A stretch of 64,000 bases of DNA, taken from assembly GCA_963709345.1 (NCBI GenBank), contig CAVPVX010000006.1, positions 32,001 to 96,000 on the forward strand, written 5' to 3'. The first letter of the stretch is position 1. Each line of letters opens with the position of its first letter. Below the pieces are notes generated by a model. That model had not been told where the DNA came from. It searched no databases and was given only the letters and a program-made list of their open reading frames with translations. The stretch is from an uncultured Actinomycetes bacterium (GTDB lineage: Bacteria; Actinomycetota; Thermoleophilia; UBA2241). Positions 60,998-64,000 of the stretch are shown here, in pieces. The translations under genes were made by a program, and so were the position numbers.

Positions 60998-62062
60998 ATG
61001 AGCTCGAGCGGTATCGGCGGCGGGCCGCGCCGGGCGGAGCGCGCCGCCCGCGCCCGGCGCTCGAGGCGGCTGGCGCTGGCCGTGGCGGTCCTGGCCTTGG
61101 CGCTGGTCGCGCTGGTCGCCGCCTGCGGCGACTCGAGCGACCAGTCGCCGCCGTCCCCCGGTCCTTCCGGGCCCGTCGTCCTGACCGTCCGGGGCGAGGA
61201 CGGGACGGAGACGTTCACGATGAACCAGCTGCGGGCGCTGCCGGCCTACGAGGGTTACGCCGGCAGCAAGAGCAGCACCGGCGTGATCACCCCGCCCGCA
61301 GTGTTCAAGGGCGTGCCGATCGTGGAGCTCGCCGACCTCGTCGGCGGTATCAGCCGGTCCAACGGCGTGACGATGCTCGCCAAGGACGGCTACGGCATGA
61401 CGTTCTCGTATCGTCAGATCATGGAGAGTGGATTCACGACCTACGACCCGGCGACCGGGGAGGAGGAGCCGGCCGACGGCCGGCTCACGGTCATTCTCGC
61501 CTACGAGCGTGACGGCGGACCCATCGGCGAAGACGATGGACCACTGAGGCTCGCCGTCGCCCAGGATGAACCGGCCCAGGTGACCGACGGCCACTGGGCG
61601 ATCAAGTGGCTCGATACGGTGTCGGTGACCGAGGCGTCGGCGCAGTGGAAGGTGCAACTCGAGGGCGCGGTGCCCGGCAAGCTGGACCGCGCCGCCTACG
61701 TCAACTGCGCTTCACCCGGATGCCACGGCTCCGGCTGGGTCGACGCCGACGGCGCACGCTGGGAGGGCATCCCGCTCTATCTCGTCTGCGGTCTCGTCGA
61801 CGACGCGAAGAAGCATGACGAGGGGGCCTACGCCGCGGCTCTGGCGGAGAGAGGATACGACATCATCATCGAGACGGTCTCCGGCGAGGTCGTGACCATT
61901 GATTCTCGAGACATCGCCGGCCGGAACAGCGTCGTCCTCTCGGCGAAGGTCGACGGGGGAGAGTTGCCGGACGAGCACTTTCCCCTGCGGCTCGTCGGTC
62001 CGGGTCTGAGCGATGGTCAGATGCCGGGCGGGATCGCGCGCATCGTCGTGCGCGTGAAATAG
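60998..62062 (+). CDS. Lipoprotein paralog with two Oxidored_molyb-like domains and CxxxxCH motif
   Basis: Lipobox VAA-C; FTMNQLRALP, FKGVPI, AKDGYGMTF, GPLRLA, IKWL and CASPGCHG. Confidence 0.75.
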   Translation: MSSSGIGGGPRRAERAARARRSRRLALAVAVLALALVALVAACGDSSDQSPPSPGPSGPVVLTVRGEDGTETFTMNQLRALPAYEGYAGSKSSTGVITPPAVFKGVPIVELADLVGGISRSNGVTMLAKDGYGMTFSYRQIMESGFTTYDPATGEEEPADGRLTVILAYERDGGPIGEDDGPLRLAVAQDEPAQVTDGHWAIKWLDTVSVTEASAQWKVQLEGAVPGKLDRAAYVNCASPGCHGSGWVDADGARWEGIPLYLVCGLVDDAKKHDEGAYAAALAERGYDIIIETVSGEVVTIDSRDIAGRNSVVLSAKVDGGELPDEHFPLRLVGPGLSDGQMPGGIARIVVRVK

Positions 62063-62074
62063 GGGGCGGCGACC

Positions 62075-63178
62075 TTGGGGTCTGGGGATCGCCGCCGGTG
62101 GCTCAGCCCAGCCACGGCCCGGGCCGTGGCTGGGCTGCTGCTGCTCACCGCCGCGGCCGCGCTGCTCGGCGGCTGCGGCTCAGACGAGCGCCGCGTCAAG
62201 CTCATGTACGCCGGTAGCCTCATCGGTCCGTTCGAGCGCCTGGCGGCGGGGTTCGAGCGCTCTCACCCCGGTGTCGATGTCGTCACCGAGGGCCACGGCA
62301 GTATCCAGGTGCTGAGGCACGTCACCGAGCTCGGTGACCTCGTCGACCTGGCGGTGAGCGCCGACGAGCAGCTGATGGCGCCGTTCTTCTACGAGCGCGA
62401 CGACCCCGCGACCGGGCGACCGTTCGCGTCGTGGTACTGCACGTTCGCGACCAACCGCATCGTGCTCGCGATCTCTCCGAAGAGCCCGCTGGCCGGCGAG
62501 CTGACCTCGGGCTCCTGGTACCGACGGCTCACGCATCCCGACGTGCGCTTCGGTCTGTCCGACCCCCGGCTGGATCCCGCCGGCTACCGCGCGCTCATGG
62601 TCCTGCAGCTGGCGGAGCGTTACTACGGTGCGCCCTTTCTGTTCGAGGACATGGTCATGGGCCGGTTCACGACTCCCGTCATCGTCCGGCACGCCGGGAG
62701 GAAGGACGTCATCCGGGTGCCCGAGATCCTCGAGACGCGCAGCGGGTCCAATCTGGTGCTGCGGGGCGCCAGCATCCAGCTCGTCGCGCTGCTCGAGTCG
62801 GGCGACCTGGACTGCGCTTTCGAGTACGAGAGCGTGGCCCGCCAGCACGGGCTGCTCTACGTGCGGCTTCCGGCGGCGGTCGATCTCAGCGATCCGAAGC
62901 TGCGGGATGACTACGGGCGCGTGGAGGTCCAGCTCGACTTCCGCCGGTTCGCGCGCGTGCAACCGCGCTTTCGGGGAGACCTGATCCGCTACGCGTTCAC
63001 CATTCCCGCCAACGCTCCGGAGCCAGGGCTGGCTCGCGAGTTCGTGGCCTTCATGCTGGGGCCCGAAGGACGCCGGATCCTCGCAGCCGAACACCAGCCG
63101 CTGCTCGCGCCGCCGGATCTTGATGGGGCGGCGGCCGTGCCGGAGGAGGTGAGGCGGGCATGCGAGGGCTCCAAGTGA
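62075..63178 (+). CDS. wtpA: Tungstate/molybdate ABC transporter substrate-binding lipoprotein
   Basis: Lipobox LGG-C; YAGSL, EGHGS, SDPRLDPAGYR, AFEYESVA and YAFTIP. Confidence 0.88.
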   Translation: MGSGDRRRWLSPATARAVAGLLLLTAAAALLGGCGSDERRVKLMYAGSLIGPFERLAAGFERSHPGVDVVTEGHGSIQVLRHVTELGDLVDLAVSADEQLMAPFFYERDDPATGRPFASWYCTFATNRIVLAISPKSPLAGELTSGSWYRRLTHPDVRFGLSDPRLDPAGYRALMVLQLAERYYGAPFLFEDMVMGRFTTPVIVRHAGRKDVIRVPEILETRSGSNLVLRGASIQLVALLESGDLDCAFEYESVARQHGLLYVRLPAAVDLSDPKLRDDYGRVEVQLDFRRFARVQPRFRGDLIRYAFTIPANAPEPGLAREFVAFMLGPEGRRILAAEHQPLLAPPDLDGAAAVPEEVRRACEGSK

Positions 63179-63245
63179 GCGTCCTCAGGGATCACAGGCA
63201 CCCGAAGCGGCTTGAGCATTCCCCGCACCCGCCTCACCTGCTCTG

Positions 63246-64000
63246 ATGCGCCGCCGCCGCCCCTCACTCTTCTGGGTACTCTGTACCGCGTCCGGGGGCG
63301 TGCTGCTGGCCTTCGTAGTGCTGCCCGCCGTGAGCATGGTGGTCGGTGCCGGCGCCGGCCTGCTCGGCGAGGCTTTGCGGCAGGACGACGTGCGCCGTTC
63401 GCTGATCCTGACGCTGACGGCGGCGTTCATCGCCACGGCGATCGCCTTCGTCGCCGGCGTCCCGCTCGCCTACCTGCTCGCCCGCAAGGACTTCGCCGGG
63501 AAGCGACTCGTTGAGGGAGTCATCGACCTGCCGATCGTGTTTCCCCACACGGCCGCGGGTATCGCACTGCTCACGGTCTATGGGCGCCAGGGCGTCATCG
63601 GGCGTCTCGTGGCGCCGCTGGGTATCGAGTTCACCGAGACCGTGGCCGGCATCGTGCTCGCCATGCTCTTCGTGAGCCTCCCGTACCTGGTCGACTCGGC
63701 GCGGGAGGCCTTCGCTCTGGTCGACGAACGCTACGAGCACGTCGCGCGCACACTGGGCTCGTCTCGTGCCGGCGCGTTCGTACGCGTCGCCTTCCCCCAG
63801 GCGTGGCGGGGAGTGTTCGCCGGCGCCGTGCTCATGTGGGGCCGGGGCATCAGCGAGTTCGGCGCCGTCGTGATCCTCGCCTACAACCCGAAGGTGATCT
63901 CGGTGCTCACCTTCGAGCGCTTCGAGGGGTTTGGACTCCGCGCCGCGCAGCCGCCCGCGGTGCTGATCGTCGTCGTGGCCTTCGCCGTGTTCCTGCTGGC
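63246..64000 (+). CDS. wtpB: Tungstate/molybdate ABC transporter permease (partial, runs off window end)
   Basis: Manual translation from ATG 63246: MRRRRPSLFWVL...IDLPIVFPHTAAGIALL...LMWGRGISEFGAVVILAYNP. Confidence 0.88.
   Translation, partial: MRRRRPSLFWVLCTASGGVLLAFVVLPAVSMVVGAGAGLLGEALRQDDVRRSLILTLTAAFIATAIAFVAGVPLAYLLARKDFAGKRLVEGVIDLPIVFPHTAAGIALLTVYGRQGVIGRLVAPLGIEFTETVAGIVLAMLFVSLPYLVDSAREAFALVDERYEHVARTLGSSRAGAFVRVAFPQAWRGVFAGAVLMWGRGISEFGAVVILAYNPKVISVLTFERFEGFGLRAAQPPAVLIVVVAFAVFLL

Noticed and set aside
62060-62077. TAG of 60998..62062 is in frame with wtpA four codons later, so Pyl read-through would fuse them
   Set aside because: WtpA has its own signal peptide and lipobox, and same-frame neighbours occur one time in three by chance.

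Overview
High-GC (roughly 70%) bacterial chromosome segment, most consistent with an anaerobic or microaerophilic Actinomycetota, possibly Thermoleophilia-like. This is inferred from codon usage, leaderless genes and the S18 N-terminus; no marker search was run. The housekeeping backbone is purB/E/D/A/C, aroA, pabB/pabC-like, dnaB and rpsF-ssb-rpsR-rplI. Main observations: (1) trimethylamine (MttB) and dimethylamine (MtbB) methyltransferase genes each carry an in-frame TAG at the pyrrolysine position; (2) an unrecognised ~95-aa 'YP...WPxNPxTG...G-x-Y-x-Y' pilin-head-like domain occurs in seven intact copies plus one relic, on exported proteins that lack prepilin signals; (3) a P3-less Moco (Tuco/Wco-type) riboswitch heads an operon of three exported sulfite-oxidase-fold-like proteins followed by wtpAB tungstate/molybdate ABC genes; (4) two decayed integron attC sites flank a gene cassette with no integrase in the window; (5) a Rieske-glutaredoxin-FTR-Rieske-SOD redox operon is present; (6) several single-base frameshifts, including one in essential rpsR, suggest assembly indels. 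No rRNA, tRNA or CRISPR array was seen.
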